This document shows, piece after piece, positions 17,418 to 27,791 of a stretch of 64,000 nt of DNA (the first letter of the stretch is position 1; every line of letters starts with the position of its first letter). The DNA comes from Candidatus Hydrogenedentota bacterium (GTDB lineage: Bacteria > Hydrogenedentota > Hydrogenedentia > Hydrogenedentales > SLHB01): contig JAWXCN010000182.1 in assembly GCA_034408725.1 (NCBI GenBank), positions 1 through 64,000 on the forward strand, read 5' to 3'. The notes beneath the pieces are model-generated. The model made no database searches, was not told where the DNA came from, and saw only the letters and a list, made by a program, of their open reading frames with translations. Made by a program: the position numbers and the translations under genes.

Positions 17418-19193
17418 TTATCGTGTCGCAATGGGAATCTTCCAATAGCCCTCGACACATTCTTCCAGTTTTTTAAGACACGCGGTCGCTTCCGGGGTAA
17501 CAGGGCCGTAGTGCATTTTTGTGAAGTATTTGTACGCGATCGCGTAGGCTCGGGCGGATTTTGCATCGTATGCGCTGACCCGTTGGACGATCTCCGGAGT
17601 TTCGCGGAGGCGCGTTTCTTCATCCATGTATTCGAGCACTTTCAGGGCAAAAGCTGGATCCTGTTTCCAGTTTGCGTAGGCGTATTGTGCATCTTTTGGA
17701 AGGGTTACCGGAGTGCCACGGGTTCGGAGCGCTGCGACAGCGTAGATTGCGTCAAGTTCAGTCCCGTTAATCAAACAATCAGCGAGAATTGACTCATCTC
17801 CAGATATGGGGTTTGATTTAATGTAATGAACGATGTTTGTTCTGAAGTGGGGATATTTTTGTATGAGTCTTGAATAATTCTTGAAAAAGTATCGCAGATT
17901 TTGTTTGATGAATTCATCATTCATCATTGATGAAACTACTTGAGAAGCTGCAAACGTATCACGTTCCAACGATTCGCGGAGAATTCTGTATTTGAACTTG
18001 CTCTCCGATTTCGGAACAAACCCTATGAGCCGCACGGGATAGAGGACGTTTTCCCGCTTTCCTGCTTTCTTGGACACCAAAATCCGTTGTCGAGCCCAGT
18101 TCAGCGCAGCAGGGTCGCCGGTTTCGATGTAATACTGAGCAGCCGTCAGTCGGACTTTGTCGTCTTCCGCTTTGTCGTCCGCAATATCGCGCAATTCGTT
18201 AGCGTGGCTGGATGCGTTGGTTTTCAACCATTTTCGCGCATCGGGATATACCGGCGCGTAATAATCACCTCCAGAAACTTCCTGAGCGGCAGCTTCGACA
18301 TAATTGTGTACGCTTTCAAACGTTGAAACAGTTTTGTATTGCGGACGCGGTTTCGGACGTGGAGGAAGCGGGGACATCGCGCTATTTTCCGCCCACCATG
18401 CTTTCCAGCGGCGCGCGGCGGCAGCGTACTGATTATCCGTCATGGTATATTCCAGCGGTATTGAAACCGCGGTATTGTAGCGCAAGATGGCGGGAATGTT
18501 ACCATCATTTCGTGATGGACGATACGGTAGGATTTCGAATAGCGCGTCAAGCCCTTCATATCGGCCCACCTTCGCGGCGGATGTACATATACCGGCGTAT
18601 CGATGCACATAAAGCCACATGCTTTTCTCTTCGGTAATGGCGCGGCGCACTACATCCTTCTCGGAAAGGATAACTTTTATGGTTGCAGTTGCAGCCAATG
18701 AAGGGTCCATTTCAATAAGCGCCGATGCGCACCCCGCGCGCAAGATCATTAGTTGTTCCGCCGCAACATCCTCCCATGCCTGCCATGAATACTCTAGTAG
18801 AGACGACATGGCAATTCTCATGTACAGATCGTCGAGTAGTGGCTTTGGCAGTTGATTTACCATTAAAGAAGCGAGCAGTGGAGCAGCTTGTGTTGACTTG
18901 GTACTGCTTAGGACAGACACACAGTGGGCGTAAAGCGCCCAGCGCAAATACGGCATTCTTGCTTCGCAGTAATACGAGTCCCGAACAGGAGCAGAGATGT
19001 CTTGTGGAAGACCGCTTTGAAGATATTCCATCAGCGATGCTGAATCGACTTGTAGACCGACATTCGAGAGTATCGCCGCCGGGTCTTCCATGCTTGCATG
19101 AGCGCAAGGAACAAGAAGCGCAATGACGAACCCTAATCCTTTTATGGTCCGGCGACGGAGTTCTTTTAACTCTGCCATTTTTATCCCCTGCAA
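17418..19193 (-). CDS. Secreted alpha-helical (HEAT-like) hypothetical protein
   Basis: 591-aa AT-richer ORF; signal peptide ending AHA; RRWKAWWAEN motif typical of HEAT-repeat proteins; start probably MAELK. Confidence 0.8.
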   Translation of the reverse strand: MQGIKMAELKELRRRTIKGLGFVIALLVPCAHASMEDPAAILSNVGLQVDSASLMEYLQSGLPQDISAPVRDSYYCEARMPYLRWALYAHCVSVLSSTKSTQAAPLLASLMVNQLPKPLLDDLYMRIAMSSLLEYSWQAWEDVAAEQLMILRAGCASALIEMDPSLAATATIKVILSEKDVVRRAITEEKSMWLYVHRYAGICTSAAKVGRYEGLDALFEILPYRPSRNDGNIPAILRYNTAVSIPLEYTMTDNQYAAAARRWKAWWAENSAMSPLPPRPKPRPQYKTVSTFESVHNYVEAAAQEVSGGDYYAPVYPDARKWLKTNASSHANELRDIADDKAEDDKVRLTAAQYYIETGDPAALNWARQRILVSKKAGKRENVLYPVRLIGFVPKSESKFKYRILRESLERDTFAASQVVSSMMNDEFIKQNLRYFFKNYSRLIQKYPHFRTNIVHYIKSNPISGDESILADCLINGTELDAIYAVAALRTRGTPVTLPKDAQYAYANWKQDPAFALKVLEYMDEETRLRETPEIVQRVSAYDAKSARAYAIAYKYFTKMHYGPVTPEATACLKKLEECVEGYWKIPIATR

Positions 19194-19303
19194 ATAACCT
19201 TACTATTTAATCCAGGCGGGACGTTTCTGGTTGCATATCTGGCTTATTTTTAAGCGTTGGGGTGTCGCGATGCTTTTTACGGTCCAAACACCGCGCTGTC
19301 ATT

Positions 19304-19675
19304 TCATTTCTTCTTTGCCGCTTGCCGCACCCTGAATTTGACTATCCGGCTGATCAATTCGACTGGGATCGGTTGGTCGAAAGGAAATTGGACGGTGCCT
19401 TTGCCGCCGTCGTAGACGGAGAGTTCTTCTTTGAATTCATCCACACCGCGTGGGGCGGGGTAGAGTCCGATGTGGTTTGTGAAAGCGGCGAAGTGAATCA
19501 GATTTTTGCCGTTTAATTTGAAAGTGGGTATTTGGTAGCTGATGGCCTCTTCGGCTGTGGGTGCGGCTTTTTTAATTGTCGCGCGGATTTTTTGCATTTG
19601 TTTCCGCACGTCACTCGGGACCCGGGCAATGTATTCATCAATGTTCTTTGGGGTATCCGTCGATTTGGTTTTCAC
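19304..19675 (-). CDS. DUF1801 / YdhG-like protein
   Basis: IDEYIA..., AEEAISYQIPTF, HFAAFTNHIGLYP, KGTVQFP; GTG start at 19675. Confidence 0.9.
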   Translation of the reverse strand: MKTKSTDTPKNIDEYIARVPSDVRKQMQKIRATIKKAAPTAEEAISYQIPTFKLNGKNLIHFAAFTNHIGLYPAPRGVDEFKEELSVYDGGKGTVQFPFDQPIPVELISRIVKFRVRQAAKKK

Positions 19676-19807
19676 GGCCTGAAGTCTCCGGGTTGCTGGC
19701 TCAAGTGTAGAACGTTTGGCGTATTTTACCAACTATCAATACAAGAATTTGTGCAATACAAGCGGCCTCACTATGATCATCTGGTTTTTCAACGAGGAGA
19801 AGGTCCG

Positions 19808-21376
19808 ATGGGGATGAACCGTTTGCATCGTCGCGAATTTTTGGGCTTTAGCGCGGCGGCACTTGCTGGCGCGACGTTGGCCGGGGTTACGGACCGGACG
19901 GACGCTCCACTTGCCCCGGATTCGCTGGCGTTTGCATCGGCGCTTGAAGTTGCGCGCGCTATTCGATCCGGTCAGGTTTCGTCGCTCGAAATCACCGAGC
20001 ATATGTTGCAGCGGATTGAAAAGCACAATCCGGGGATTAACGCCGTTGTGACGGTGTCGGGCGAACTGGCGCGAACGATGGCGAAGGCAGCGGACGAAGC
20101 TTTGGCGCGGGGTGAATGGTGGGGGCCGTTTCACGGGGCGCCATGGCTGGTGAAAGACACGTTTGAAGCCGAGGGTTTAAGAACCACGGCTGGTTCAGTT
20201 GAATTAAAGGACTACGTTTCAAAGAGTGATGCAGTCGTGGTTGATCGCATGCACCGGGCCGGCGCGGTGTGCCTGGGAAAATCAAACGTGCCGTTGTTTG
20301 CCGCTGACATGCAAACGTTCAACGAGGTTTTTGGAACAACGAACAATCCGTGGAACACGAAGTTATCGCCCGGAGGTTCTACGGGGGGAGGGGCGGCGGC
20401 GTTGGCCGCGGGTTTATGTTATTTGGCGCTGGGCAGCGATATTGGCGGGTCCATACGCAATCCATCCCATTTTTGCGGCGTCTATGGCCATAAGCCGACG
20501 TATGGGATCGTGCCGACGCGCGGAGAACTTGCATCGCTGCCGGACGCGCAGCCCTATCCGCCAGACCAATTATCGGTATCCGGGCAGCTTGCGCGTTCCG
20601 CGGCTGATCTCCGCGCGATGCTCGAGGTAATGGCGGGGCCGGATGAGGCAGACGCGCTCGCGTACACATGGCGGCTGCCCCAGGCGCGCGGGTCGTCCAT
20701 TCGCGATTTCCGCATCGGGTATGTTCTGGACGATCCGCTGTGCCCTGTGCGGCCTGAGGTAAAGGCGAAACTGGACGAAGCGGTGGCAGCGTTGCGCAAA
20801 GCCGGGGCGAAGGTCGACGAAGGATGGCCGGAGGGGATTGATGTGCAAGCGCAGTATGGCACGTACGCCTACCTGCTGCTCGCATCGTATGCGGAGGCGT
20901 TGTCAGACGAAGAAGCGGCGAAAATAAGGGAATTGGCGAAGGGGAGCAACGTGGATTTGCTGACGATGCGGGCGCGCGCGTTCACGGATCGGCACAACGG
21001 GTTTGCAATGGCGAGTCGCGACCAGATGCTGCATCGCGCGGCATGGCTGTCCTACTTCAAGACGCACGACGCGTTTTTACTGCCGACTGCGTTTACGGCG
21101 GCATTTGAACACGTGCAGACCGAGCCGCTGGAATTTCGATCAATTACTACCCCGGAGGGGGCGCGGGCGTATACGGATTTATTGTTCTGGATATCGTTCG
21201 CGACGATGACCGGTTGCCCGGCGACGGTTGCGCCAGTGGGGTTGGCGGCGAACGGTTTACCGGTCGGCGTTCAGATTATGGGTCCTTATATGGAGGACGC
21301 CACGCCCATCGCCCTAGCGGGTCATCTCGCTGAAATTGCCGGAGGGTTCGTGACACCTCCTGGGTATGGCGTATAA
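19808..21376 (+). CDS. Tat-exported amidase (amidase signature family)
   Basis: RREFL signal; KD, GGSTGG, GSDIGGSIRNP Ser-cisSer-Lys triad, GLPVGVQI. Confidence 0.92.
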   Translation: MGMNRLHRREFLGFSAAALAGATLAGVTDRTDAPLAPDSLAFASALEVARAIRSGQVSSLEITEHMLQRIEKHNPGINAVVTVSGELARTMAKAADEALARGEWWGPFHGAPWLVKDTFEAEGLRTTAGSVELKDYVSKSDAVVVDRMHRAGAVCLGKSNVPLFAADMQTFNEVFGTTNNPWNTKLSPGGSTGGGAAALAAGLCYLALGSDIGGSIRNPSHFCGVYGHKPTYGIVPTRGELASLPDAQPYPPDQLSVSGQLARSAADLRAMLEVMAGPDEADALAYTWRLPQARGSSIRDFRIGYVLDDPLCPVRPEVKAKLDEAVAALRKAGAKVDEGWPEGIDVQAQYGTYAYLLLASYAEALSDEEAAKIRELAKGSNVDLLTMRARAFTDRHNGFAMASRDQMLHRAAWLSYFKTHDAFLLPTAFTAAFEHVQTEPLEFRSITTPEGARAYTDLLFWISFATMTGCPATVAPVGLAANGLPVGVQIMGPYMEDATPIALAGHLAEIAGGFVTPPGYGV

Positions 21377-21564
21377 GCCTTGCGTTGTACGAGGCCGTGG
21401 GTGCAGACTAACATTCGCCGGAAATCAAAAACGCAAATGTGAGTGTCTGGAACAAAAGGTGATCTGGTCGTACATGCTCATTCAGTGCATTTTTATATTT
21501 ATTGTATCCGTCGTATTCATTATCCGTGTCCAACTTCATTCTCGAGCATGGCTGGGAGGCCCAA

Positions 21565-22710
21565 ATGTCCACACGTATCATCCGCACCTTGTTTTTTCTT
21601 TCGTGCATTCTCATGGGAGGGCTTTGGACAAACTACATCGTTACGCAATGGAATGATCGTGTCCTTCCGCAGGCGTTGACGGCGGAGGACATTGCAAAGG
21701 CGGTAGGCGATCCGAATTCGGCGAAGTTGAGTCCGCAGGAGCGGATGCGGCGAATCGACGAGCGGCTTATCCCCGCGCGAGTCGTTCCGTTTCTGGTGGT
21801 TGGTGGCGGCGTTATTGGGGCGCTGTTGGCCGCGGGGGTAATTGTCGGGCTTCGCTTTATCACGCAGGAGGCGTTCGAGCGCTTCTTTCCCGCGCTGGTG
21901 TCCGTGGTGCTTGCAATGGCGACGGGGTGGTTTCTGGCGTGGTACATCTTGCAGCTCTGGGAAACGGAAGACCAGACCATGCAGCTATTCCTGCAATTTT
22001 CGCTGGTGCTGGTGTTTGGGTTCATCGGAGTCAATCTTGGTTTGACCCGCGCGTCGAACTGGGAGTCGCTGGTGAAGGCGGTGAGCCGGAAGCCTTGGGA
22101 GGGCCGGAACCCGAAGCTTCTGGACACGAGCGTAATTATTGATGGGCGAATCGCGGACGTATGCAAGTTTGGGTTTCTGGAAGGGGCGATCATTGTGCCA
22201 CGATTTGTGTTGCGCGAGCTTCAATCGATAGCGGATTCTTCCGACATGCTGCGCCGCGCGCGGGGGCGCCGTGGTTTGGATATTCTGAAGCAATTGCAGG
22301 CGCCCGAGAGCAACGTGAAGATCGAGGTGATCGAAGACGATGTCGAGCAGGTGCGCGATGTCGACGGCAAACTTGTCGCGCTTGCGAAACTGATCGGCGC
22401 GAAAGTGGTAACCAACGATTTGAACCTGTTCAAGGTCGCGCAGATCGAGGGTGTGCCGGTACTAAATCTTCACGAATTGGCCAATGCGCTAAAGACGGCG
22501 GTGTTGCCGGACGAGCATATGCATGTGCGGATCGTGCGCGAGGGGAAGGAAGCGCAGCAGGGCGTGGGATATCTCGACGACGGCACGATGATTGTCGTGG
22601 ACGGAGGGCGGGACCATATCGGGCACAACGTCGCGGCGACGGTGACGAGCGTTCTTCAAACGTCGAATGGGCGGATGATTTTCACCAAACTGCAATCCGT
22701 TCTGGAATAA
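21565..22710 (+). CDS. yacL: PIN/TRAM domain membrane protein, YacL-like
   Basis: TM helices, LLDTSVIIDGRI, RGRRGLDIL, TNDLNL, QGVGYLDDGTMIVV; GGGAGG RBS. Confidence 0.9.
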   Translation: MSTRIIRTLFFLSCILMGGLWTNYIVTQWNDRVLPQALTAEDIAKAVGDPNSAKLSPQERMRRIDERLIPARVVPFLVVGGGVIGALLAAGVIVGLRFITQEAFERFFPALVSVVLAMATGWFLAWYILQLWETEDQTMQLFLQFSLVLVFGFIGVNLGLTRASNWESLVKAVSRKPWEGRNPKLLDTSVIIDGRIADVCKFGFLEGAIIVPRFVLRELQSIADSSDMLRRARGRRGLDILKQLQAPESNVKIEVIEDDVEQVRDVDGKLVALAKLIGAKVVTNDLNLFKVAQIEGVPVLNLHELANALKTAVLPDEHMHVRIVREGKEAQQGVGYLDDGTMIVVDGGRDHIGHNVAATVTSVLQTSNGRMIFTKLQSVLE

Positions 22711-22719
22711 CCGCGCTGA

Positions 22720-23409
22720 ATGCGAACGCAACTGCTGATTCCCGCGGCAGGCATGGGAACGCGTCTTGGCGCGAGCCAACCCAAGGCGCTTGTCAATCTT
22801 GCGGGCACGCCACTATTGGTCCACACGCTTCGCAACTTTCAGTCACTCGACCTGATTCGTGATTGCCTCATTACTGTTTCCGCGTCAGCAAGAGAAGCGT
22901 ATGAGAAGTGTCTGGCCGCGGCATTTCCTGACCATGCATTTGAACTGGTTGACGGGGGCAATGAACGGCAAGATTCGGTATTGAATGGATTGGCTGCGCT
23001 TCATCGAGACACGGAACTTGTTATTATTCATGATGCGGCGAGGCCATTTGCGCCGGCGGACGCGATTCGCGGGTCCATTGATGCCGCGGGCGAATATGGC
23101 GCGGCGACTGTCGCGATACCAGCGGTGGACACCGTATTGGTCGCGGATGAATCCGGGTTTCTCGATAATACCCCGGATCGCAGTCTGTTGTGGGCGTGTC
23201 AAACGCCGCAGACTTTTCGCGTCGAGGTCATTCGCGCTGCGCACGATGCCGCAAGGCGTGCGGGCCGCATGGCGACGGACGATGCCACGCTCGTGCGGCT
23301 AAACGGGGGACGCGTGAAACTGGTGATGGGTTCGCCATTGAATTTCAAAATCACTACGCCGATGGACATGAAAGTCGCACGTTGCGTCCTCGATGGAGTA
23401 ACTGAATGA
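22720..23409 (+). CDS. ispD: 2-C-methyl-D-erythritol 4-phosphate cytidylyltransferase
   Basis: [10 protein letters not shown]...[34 protein letters not shown]. Confidence 0.95.
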   Translation: MRTQLLIPAAGMGTRLGASQPKALVNLAGTPLLVHTLRNFQSLDLIRDCLITVSASAREAYEKCLAAAFPDHAFELVDGGNERQDSVLNGLAALHRDTELVIIHDAARPFAPADAIRGSIDAAGEYGAATVAIPAVDTVLVADESGFLDNTPDRSLLWACQTPQTFRVEVIRAAHDAARRAGRMATDDATLVRLNGGRVKLVMGSPLNFKITTPMDMKVARCVLDGVTE

Positions 23410-23882
23410 TTCGCGTCGGAATTGGATATGACTTGCACAGGCTGGTCGATGGACGGCCGCTGGTGTTAGGTGGCGTGACAATTCCTTTTGAACGGGGATT
23501 GGATGGGCATTCTGACGCGGATGCGTTGTCGCACGCGATTACGGATGCGCTTTTGGGGGCAGCCGCGCTCGGCAATATCGGCCAATTGTTTCCCGATACG
23601 GACGTGAAATTCAAGAATGCAGATAGCATCGCGTTGTTGGAACACGTTGTCGGATTGCTTCGGGAAGCGGGCTGGCGGGTTGTGAACGTGGATTCGAATG
23701 TCATTGCGCAAAACCCGCTAATGAATCCGCATTTGGGCGCGATTCGCATGCGGCTGGCGGAAACCCTGTGCATTGCAGTGGAGTGCGTATCGGTTAAAGC
23801 CAAGACCAACGAACATGTCGGCCCGGAGGGACGGGGCGAAGCAATCAGCACGAATGCGGTAGTCTTGATTGAGCATGACTGA
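23406..23882 (+). CDS. ispF: 2-C-methyl-D-erythritol 2,4-cyclodiphosphate synthase
   Basis: [34 protein letters not shown]. Confidence 0.96.
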   Translation: MIRVGIGYDLHRLVDGRPLVLGGVTIPFERGLDGHSDADALSHAITDALLGAAALGNIGQLFPDTDVKFKNADSIALLEHVVGLLREAGWRVVNVDSNVIAQNPLMNPHLGAIRMRLAETLCIAVECVSVKAKTNEHVGPEGRGEAISTNAVVLIEHD

Positions 23883-23903
23883 TCGGATATTTGTGGCTAT
23901 ATC

Positions 23904-24635
23904 ATGAAATTCCGTTTGGATGCCATCGTCGCGCGGCAGGCGAGTGTTTCCAGGACGCAGGCACAGGGAATGGTGCGCGCGGGCAAGGTCCTTTCGGTGA
24001 ATGGTGAAGTGCTCGACAAGCCCGCGCTCATGGTAGACCAGGAAATCGAACTCGTCATTCACCATGACGCGGCATTTGTAAGCAGGGGCGGGGAAAAACT
24101 CGCGGCCGCGTTGGATGCGTTCCAATACGATGTTGCGGGGCTTATTGCCATTGACGTTGGCGCGTCAACCGGCGGGTTCACGGATTGCCTGTTGCAACGT
24201 GGCGCGGCGCGCGTGTACGCGGTTGATGTTGGGTATGGGCAACTCGCGTGGAAATTGCGGACCGATCCGCGCGTCATCGTGATGGAGCGCACGAATATCC
24301 GTCATTTGAAGGCCAATTCCTTGCCGGAACAGGCAATTTTCTTTACGGCGGATTGCTCGTTCATCTCATTGAAGCTTGTGCTGCCTTCACTCAAGACTTT
24401 GCTCGGGCCGCGTGCGCCGGGTATCGTATTGATTAAGCCGCAGTTTGAAGCCGGGCGGGAAAACGTGGGGAAGAAAGGCGTCGTGCGCGATCCGGACGTA
24501 CATCAAGCCGTCATTTCGGCTATCCGTGAATCCGCGGGCCGCATCGGGTTTGTGCCGGGCCGTGTAATACCATCTCCGCTATTGGGACCCGCCGGAAACC
24601 GCGAGTTTTTGCTCGAACTGACGAACACCGATTGA
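23904..24635 (+). CDS. tlyA: TlyA family RNA methyltransferase
   Basis: S4 domain, [38 protein letters not shown]. Confidence 0.95.
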   Translation: MKFRLDAIVARQASVSRTQAQGMVRAGKVLSVNGEVLDKPALMVDQEIELVIHHDAAFVSRGGEKLAAALDAFQYDVAGLIAIDVGASTGGFTDCLLQRGAARVYAVDVGYGQLAWKLRTDPRVIVMERTNIRHLKANSLPEQAIFFTADCSFISLKLVLPSLKTLLGPRAPGIVLIKPQFEAGRENVGKKGVVRDPDVHQAVISAIRESAGRIGFVPGRVIPSPLLGPAGNREFLLELTNTD

Positions 24636-24637
24636 TC

Positions 24638-26308
24638 ATGCTTGAACTGCTCCGCATTCAAAACTACGCGCTAATAGAAGACCTCGAAGTCGAATTCTAT
24701 TCGGGGTTCAACGTGCTCACCGGAGAAACCGGCGCTGGCAAGTCAATTATTGTGGGCGCGCTGAACCTGATTCTGGGTGCCCGCGCGTCCAGTGATACCG
24801 TCCGGGACGGCGCGGCACGCGCGACGATTGAGGCCGTGTTTCGTTTGGTCAAACCGAGCCGCCGGCTTCAGGCGCTGCTTGAAGAATATGGCGTCGAACT
24901 GGATAACGGCGAGTTGCTGCTGTCGCGACTTATTACGGCCGATGGACGTAGCCGCGCTTTTGCCGGAGGCACACTACTTCCCCTCAACCAGCTTGCACAA
25001 TTTGGGGATGAACTGGTTGATCTTCACGGACAGCATGAACATCAGTCATTGTTTCTACCGGAGAGGCAGCTTGATCTAATAGATGGTTTTGCATCAGTGG
25101 AAAAAGAGACTGCTCGTACTGCTGAGCTCGTGGGAGAGTTGCGCGAGGTTGAAAAGCAAATCGCCACACTCGAATCCGACGACCGCGAACGCGCGCGCCG
25201 TGTTGAGTTTTTGAAATTCGAAGTCGCCGAAATCAATGCAGCAAACCTTCAGCCGGGAGAGGAAGAAGACGTTCGCGGGCGGCGCAATCTTATTACCAAT
25301 TCGGAGCAAGTTTACACGCTCGCCACCACGGCGTACTGTGCGCTTTACGAAGGCGATAGCGACACGGCGATTGATCAAATGGACGCAGCGCTGCATGCCA
25401 CTGCCCAGTTGGAAGCGATTGATCCGCAGTTCCGTTCGTTAAGCGAAAACCTGTTGGCATTGCGTGCAGGCGTTGCATCTGTGTCGGAGGAGATACGGGC
25501 CTACACACAAGCCGCGGAATATGACCCGAATGAACTAGATTCGTTGAATCGCAGATTGTCTCAACTTTCCGATCTCAAACGAAAGTTTGGTGATTCGGTG
25601 GACGCCATCCTTGCGTATCGGGAAAAGTCGCAGAACGAAATTTCATCATTCGAGCATCGGGCCGATCTGCTAATTGAACTGACGGAGAAGCGCGGCGCGT
25701 TGCTTCGGGCCGCGGAGTCCGCGGCTGGCACGTTGTCCGCGAAGCGGAAAGCCGCGGCGCTTCGGCTGGACAAGAAAGTGACGGCCGCGCTTCAAGACCT
25801 TGGAATGAAAGGCGCGGCTTTCGAGTCGCGGTTCGAGTTGATAGCGCTTCAGCGCAACGGCATTGATCGGATTGAGTTTTTGTTGTCCGCGAATCTTGGG
25901 GAACGACCGAAACCATTGCGCCAAGTCGCTTCCGGTGGTGAAGTTTCACGCATCATGCTGGCCATCAAAACGGTGCTCGCGTCCGCGGACAAGATCCCAA
26001 CGTTGGTGTTTGACGAAATTGACGCAGGCGTGGGAGGAGTGGTCGCCAACAAGATTGCGGCGCGGATGCAGGAACTTGCGCGGACGCATCAAACGATTTG
26101 CATCACGCATCTGCCGCAAATCGCGGCGGCGGCTAGAAACCATTTTACGGTAGAAAAATCAACGGTGAAAGGGCGGACTTCGACACGCTTGCGCAAGGTT
26201 GACGGAGAACCGCGCATTCATGAAATCGCCCGGCTGCTTGATGGATCGCTCACGGATGTGAGCATCCGGCACGCCGCGGAACTATTGCAAAAGACGGCGA
26301 CAGAATAA
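24638..26308 (+). CDS. recN: DNA repair protein RecN
   Basis: TGETGAGKS, HGQHEHQ, ASGGEVSR, FDEIDAGVGG, ITHLPQIAA. Confidence 0.96.
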   Translation: MLELLRIQNYALIEDLEVEFYSGFNVLTGETGAGKSIIVGALNLILGARASSDTVRDGAARATIEAVFRLVKPSRRLQALLEEYGVELDNGELLLSRLITADGRSRAFAGGTLLPLNQLAQFGDELVDLHGQHEHQSLFLPERQLDLIDGFASVEKETARTAELVGELREVEKQIATLESDDRERARRVEFLKFEVAEINAANLQPGEEEDVRGRRNLITNSEQVYTLATTAYCALYEGDSDTAIDQMDAALHATAQLEAIDPQFRSLSENLLALRAGVASVSEEIRAYTQAAEYDPNELDSLNRRLSQLSDLKRKFGDSVDAILAYREKSQNEISSFEHRADLLIELTEKRGALLRAAESAAGTLSAKRKAAALRLDKKVTAALQDLGMKGAAFESRFELIALQRNGIDRIEFLLSANLGERPKPLRQVASGGEVSRIMLAIKTVLASADKIPTLVFDEIDAGVGGVVANKIAARMQELARTHQTICITHLPQIAAAARNHFTVEKSTVKGRTSTRLRKVDGEPRIHEIARLLDGSLTDVSIRHAAELLQKTATE

Positions 26309-26321
26309 ATCAGGAGCTTTC

Positions 26322-27701
26322 ATGCGAATTACGTCTTATGGTGCGGCCGAAACCGTCACTGGCAGCAAGCACCTTCTTGAAGCAAATGGCAAACGCGTTT
26401 TGTTTGACTGCGGCATGTTTCAGGGCGCGCGAAAGGAATCGGAGCATCGCAACCGCGAACTTCAGTTTGATCCCAAGTCGCTCGATGCCGTCGTTGTCAC
26501 ACACGCGCATATCGATCATATTGGCCTGCTGCCAATGCTCCCAAAGCACGGTTACGAGGGACCCATCTTTTGCACCCCCGCCACGCGGGACCTTTGCGCG
26601 ATCATGTTGTTGGACAGCGCGCATATTCAGGCGCGCGACGCGGAGTATCTTTCCCGCAAGCAACGGGCCTTCGTCGCGCCGCTCTATGACGACCACGATG
26701 TTTACGACACCATGTCGAAGATTGTCTCGCTGCCGTACAACATGCCGCTGGAAATCGTTCCTGGAATCCGCATTACTTTTCGCGAAGCGGGCCACGTATT
26801 GGGGTCCGCGATGGTCATGGTAGAGTGCCGGGAGAATGGCGTCAGCAAACGGTTTCTTGAAGGCGGCGACCTGGGCCGGAAGAACATGCCGATTCTTCGC
26901 GACCCCTGGGACCCGGAGGATGCCGATGTCGTGATGATGGAGAGCACCTACGGGAACCGGGAACACGATCCGATCGAGTCAATGGATCAGAAGCTTGCGC
27001 AAATTGTGAAGGACACCGCGGGGCGCGGCGGGAAAATAATTATTCCGAGCTTTGCTTTGGAGCGGGCACAAGAAATCGTGTATGCACTACGGCGATTGGA
27101 AACCAATGGAGACCTTCCCAAACTTCCGGTATTTGTCGATAGCCCGATGACGGTAAACATCACCGAAGTATTCCGGCTGCATTCCGAAAGTTTTGATGAC
27201 GAGATTCGCTGGTTCATGTCGCAGGAAGGCGATCCGTTTGTACTTCAGAACATAAAGTATATCCGCCGCGTGGAAGATTCGATGAAATTGAATGATCTCC
27301 GGGAGCCGGCCATCATCATTTCAGCGTCGGGGATGTGCGAAAGCGGGCGCATACTGCATCATTTGCGCAACAACTGTCACGACGAACGCAATACGATTCT
27401 GATAGTGGGGTTCCAGGCGAAGAATACACTGGGAAGGCGAATCGTCGAGCGGGAGAAAGAGATCAAAATCTTTGGGGTCATGCGTCCGTTGAATGCTGAA
27501 GTTAAGGTGCTCAATGGATTCAGCGCGCATGCCGGGCGTGCGGAACTGATTGCATTTGGACAACGTTTCAAGACTTGCGCGGAACACGTGTTGTTGGTGC
27601 ATGGCGAACCGGAAGCGATGGGCGCATTGAAGTCCGCGTTGGAATCCACGGGCCAGACCAATGTCTCGATTCAGAAGGAAGGCGTGCCGCTGGAGTTTTG
27701 A
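26322..27701 (+). CDS. MBL-fold metallohydrolase with beta-CASP/RNA-specificity domain
   Basis: THAHIDH, AGHVLGS, MESTYGNR, ASGMCESGRILHH, FSAHA, LVHGE. Confidence 0.92.
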   Translation: MRITSYGAAETVTGSKHLLEANGKRVLFDCGMFQGARKESEHRNRELQFDPKSLDAVVVTHAHIDHIGLLPMLPKHGYEGPIFCTPATRDLCAIMLLDSAHIQARDAEYLSRKQRAFVAPLYDDHDVYDTMSKIVSLPYNMPLEIVPGIRITFREAGHVLGSAMVMVECRENGVSKRFLEGGDLGRKNMPILRDPWDPEDADVVMMESTYGNREHDPIESMDQKLAQIVKDTAGRGGKIIIPSFALERAQEIVYALRRLETNGDLPKLPVFVDSPMTVNITEVFRLHSESFDDEIRWFMSQEGDPFVLQNIKYIRRVEDSMKLNDLREPAIIISASGMCESGRILHHLRNNCHDERNTILIVGFQAKNTLGRRIVEREKEIKIFGVMRPLNAEVKVLNGFSAHAGRAELIAFGQRFKTCAEHVLLVHGEPEAMGALKSALESTGQTNVSIQKEGVPLEF

Positions 27702-27717
27702 GTGAGCATGCGTGCAC

Positions 27718-27763
27718 GGGGACAGCCACCGGCAACATAAACCCGTTGCCGGTGACAGTCCCC
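27718..27763. repeat. Inverted pair of family B repeats forming a 19-bp-arm hairpin between convergent genes (possible terminator)
   Basis: GGGGACAGCCACCGGCAAC-ATAAACCC-GTTGCCGGTGACAGTCCCC, 2 mismatches between arms. Confidence 0.75.
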
Positions 27764-27791
27764 TGAAATCGGCAGCTACTTGTTGAAGGTG

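Noticed and set aside
21448-21472. ECF-sigma promoter TGGAAC-N15-CGTA before yacL
   Set aside because: Spacing is one short of the usual pattern and the motif is too short to support alone
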